Source: an uncultured bacterium (GTDB lineage: Bacteria; Krumholzibacteriota; Krumholzibacteriia; Krumholzibacteriales; Krumholzibacteriaceae). Taken from it: 29,259 bases of DNA. Within the stretch, counting starts at the first letter, position 1, and every line of letters starts with the position of its first letter. The position numbers and the translations under genes were made by a program. Under the pieces are notes generated by a model. The model was not told the origin of the DNA. It searched no databases and worked only from the letters and a program-made list of their open reading frames with translations. The DNA lies in assembly GCA_965371515.1 (NCBI GenBank), contig CBDUYR010000031.1:1-29259 (forward strand), written 5' to 3'. This document shows, piece after piece, positions 27,953-29,259 of the stretch.

Positions 27953-29020
27953 GTGGATATAACTGCGTCATTCGCTCGCTTTCCGGCACTTGAAGCACAG
28001 ACTATCATTGATAATGATAATTCTGCATTACTGGTGCGTGAAACTTCTGACAGATCTGAACAATCCCCGAAACTCCTTAAACTTGTGAGTCTTGCCATTC
28101 GAGCGAGGCATTACAGCCGCAGGACCGAAGATTCATATCAGAGGTGGATCAAACGGTATATTCTCTTTCACGGCAAACGGCACCCCCGTGAGATGGGAGA
28201 AGCGGAGGTGACCTCCTTCCTGTCTTATCTCGCTACCGAAAGACATGTCAGCGCTTCGACACAGAATCAGGCGCTCAACGCGATCCTCTTCATGTACAGG
28301 AAAGTGCTAAAGAGGGATCTCGATTGGCTTGACGGGATCGTCCGGGCTAAGAAACCCCGCAGGCTGCCTGTCGTATTGACGCATGATGAGGTTCAGGAGA
28401 TCCTCAGATGCATGCGCGGTATACCGCTGCTCATGGCTTCGCTTCTATACGGGGCTGGGTTGAGGCTTCTGGAGTGTGCGCGGTTGAGGATCAAAGACGT
28501 GGATTTTGCCCGAGGTGAGATCACTGTACGAGACGGCAAGGGGAGAAAGGACAGGGTGACACTGCTGCCGGCGAGAATGCAGGGTCCGCTTGCCGAGTAC
28601 ATCGTCTCGGTCCGGCTACAGCACAAGCGGGATCGGCGCAGGGGACGCGGTTCGGTCGCGCTGCCGGACGCGCTCAGCCGGAAATATCCGGGCGCATCAA
28701 GGGAATGGGCCTGGCAGTGGGTCTTTCCGGCTACGAGGTTTTATAGGGATCGTGAAACAGGCGAGTACAGGCGTCACCACCTTCATGAGTCAGTACTCCA
28801 GCGAGCAGTCAAAGAAGCGGTCCGCACCGCTGATATCACGAAGCAGGCGAGTTGTCATACGCTGAGGCATTCATTCGCAACACATCTGCTTGAAAAGGGT
28901 TACGATATCAGGACGATCCAGGAGCTCCTCGGTCACAGCGATGTAAGCACAACGATGATCTATACACATGTACTTAACCGGGGTGGGAGAGGAGTGCAGA
29001 GCCCTCTGGACGATATGTAG
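27953..29020 (+). CDS. intI: Integron integrase (tyrosine recombinase)
   Basis: N-terminal [24 protein letters not shown] and [10 protein letters not shown]. Catalytic set [26 protein letters not shown] and [15 protein letters not shown]. IntI-specific insertion [21 protein letters not shown]...RRHH. The start is uncertain (GTG). Confidence 0.96.
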   Translation: MDITASFARFPALEAQTIIDNDNSALLVRETSDRSEQSPKLLKLVSLAIRARHYSRRTEDSYQRWIKRYILFHGKRHPREMGEAEVTSFLSYLATERHVSASTQNQALNAILFMYRKVLKRDLDWLDGIVRAKKPRRLPVVLTHDEVQEILRCMRGIPLLMASLLYGAGLRLLECARLRIKDVDFARGEITVRDGKGRKDRVTLLPARMQGPLAEYIVSVRLQHKRDRRRGRGSVALPDALSRKYPGASREWAWQWVFPATRFYRDRETGEYRRHHLHESVLQRAVKEAVRTADITKQASCHTLRHSFATHLLEKGYDIRTIQELLGHSDVSTTMIYTHVLNRGGRGVQSPLDDM

Positions 29021-29106
29021 GATGTTGTTTGGTGCGCATTTGCGAAATCAGTCAACCGCTCGCAGTCTATCACAGAGAAGTATCTGGGAGGACAATACAT
29101 ATCCTA

Positions 29107-29136
29107 TTGATTTACAAGGGATACAGGACATAAACT
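29107..29136 (+). promoter_or_regulatory. Candidate cassette promoter (Pc-like) downstream of intI
   Basis: TTGATT (29107-29112)-N18-TAAACT (29131-29136), pointing toward the candidate recombination sites. Confidence 0.4.
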
Positions 29137-29212
29137 CAGAACACCATATTGGATACATCGTCAGGCTCGCAGTGATATCCAATATGCTAGTTCAAGATAC
29201 ATCTCGTTAAAG
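29136..29212 (+). mobile_element. Candidate integron recombination region (attC-like hairpin and attI-like simple site)
   Basis: GAAC(29139-42)...CATATTGGATA-N20-TATCCAATATG...GTTC(29190-93) hairpin, then AAGATAC-ATCTC-GTTAAAG (29194-29212) with attI-like L box-5 nt-GTT spacing. The boxes deviate from GTTRRRY. Confidence 0.4.
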
Positions 29213-29240
29213 GTACAATTGCTTTTAGATGATTTGTTTG

Positions 29241-29254
29241 CCTGAAATGAAAAT
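29241..29254 (+). repeat. 14-bp direct repeat, copy 2 (CCTGAAATGAAAAT)
   Basis: Identical to 27782-27795. Confidence 0.7.
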
Positions 29255-29259
29255 TTGTT

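Noticed and set aside
28968..29210. 80-aa ORF overlapping the intI 3' end
   Set aside because: It has no SD or recognisable motif and runs across the candidate promoter and att region, so it is probably spurious.

Overview
This is a GC-rich (about 60% by eye), densely coding bacterial chromosome segment from a diderm, since it encodes several outer-membrane beta-barrels and a lipoprotein. Gene content is compatible with an FCB-superphylum or related candidate-phylum organism (inference). The left part (1-8.8 kb) holds a truncated acidic protein, a single-domain response regulator, a cluster of envelope genes (small exported beta-protein, exported metallo-beta-lactamase-fold hydrolase, DUF3943 protein, small OMP barrel) and a coupled TPR-Wzi-DGGGP-synthase-like UbiA prenyltransferase-uppP unit. 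The middle is housekeeping: valS, rodZ-like, uvrB, nadC, birA, coaX, CIRCE-controlled groES-groEL, an uncharacterised Ig/beta-propeller lipoprotein, dapL-like aminotransferase, folB-folK-deoxynucleoside kinase-panB-panC, a stand-alone GlmU N-terminal domain, HIT, LytR_C, DUF4321 and tatA. The right end carries an intact integron integrase (intI) with no cassettes on its 5' side. Its AT-rich 3' flank contains a Pc-like promoter, an attC-geometry hairpin and an attI-like GTT site, which suggests an 'inverted-integrase' integron whose cassette array would begin at the window edge. A 14-bp direct repeat brackets the intI module. Other points of note are three promoters positioned for leaderless transcripts and a ValRS with a TVGH variant of the HIGH motif. 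I saw no rRNA, tRNA or CRISPR array. All calls come from motif recognition by eye; no database search was run.
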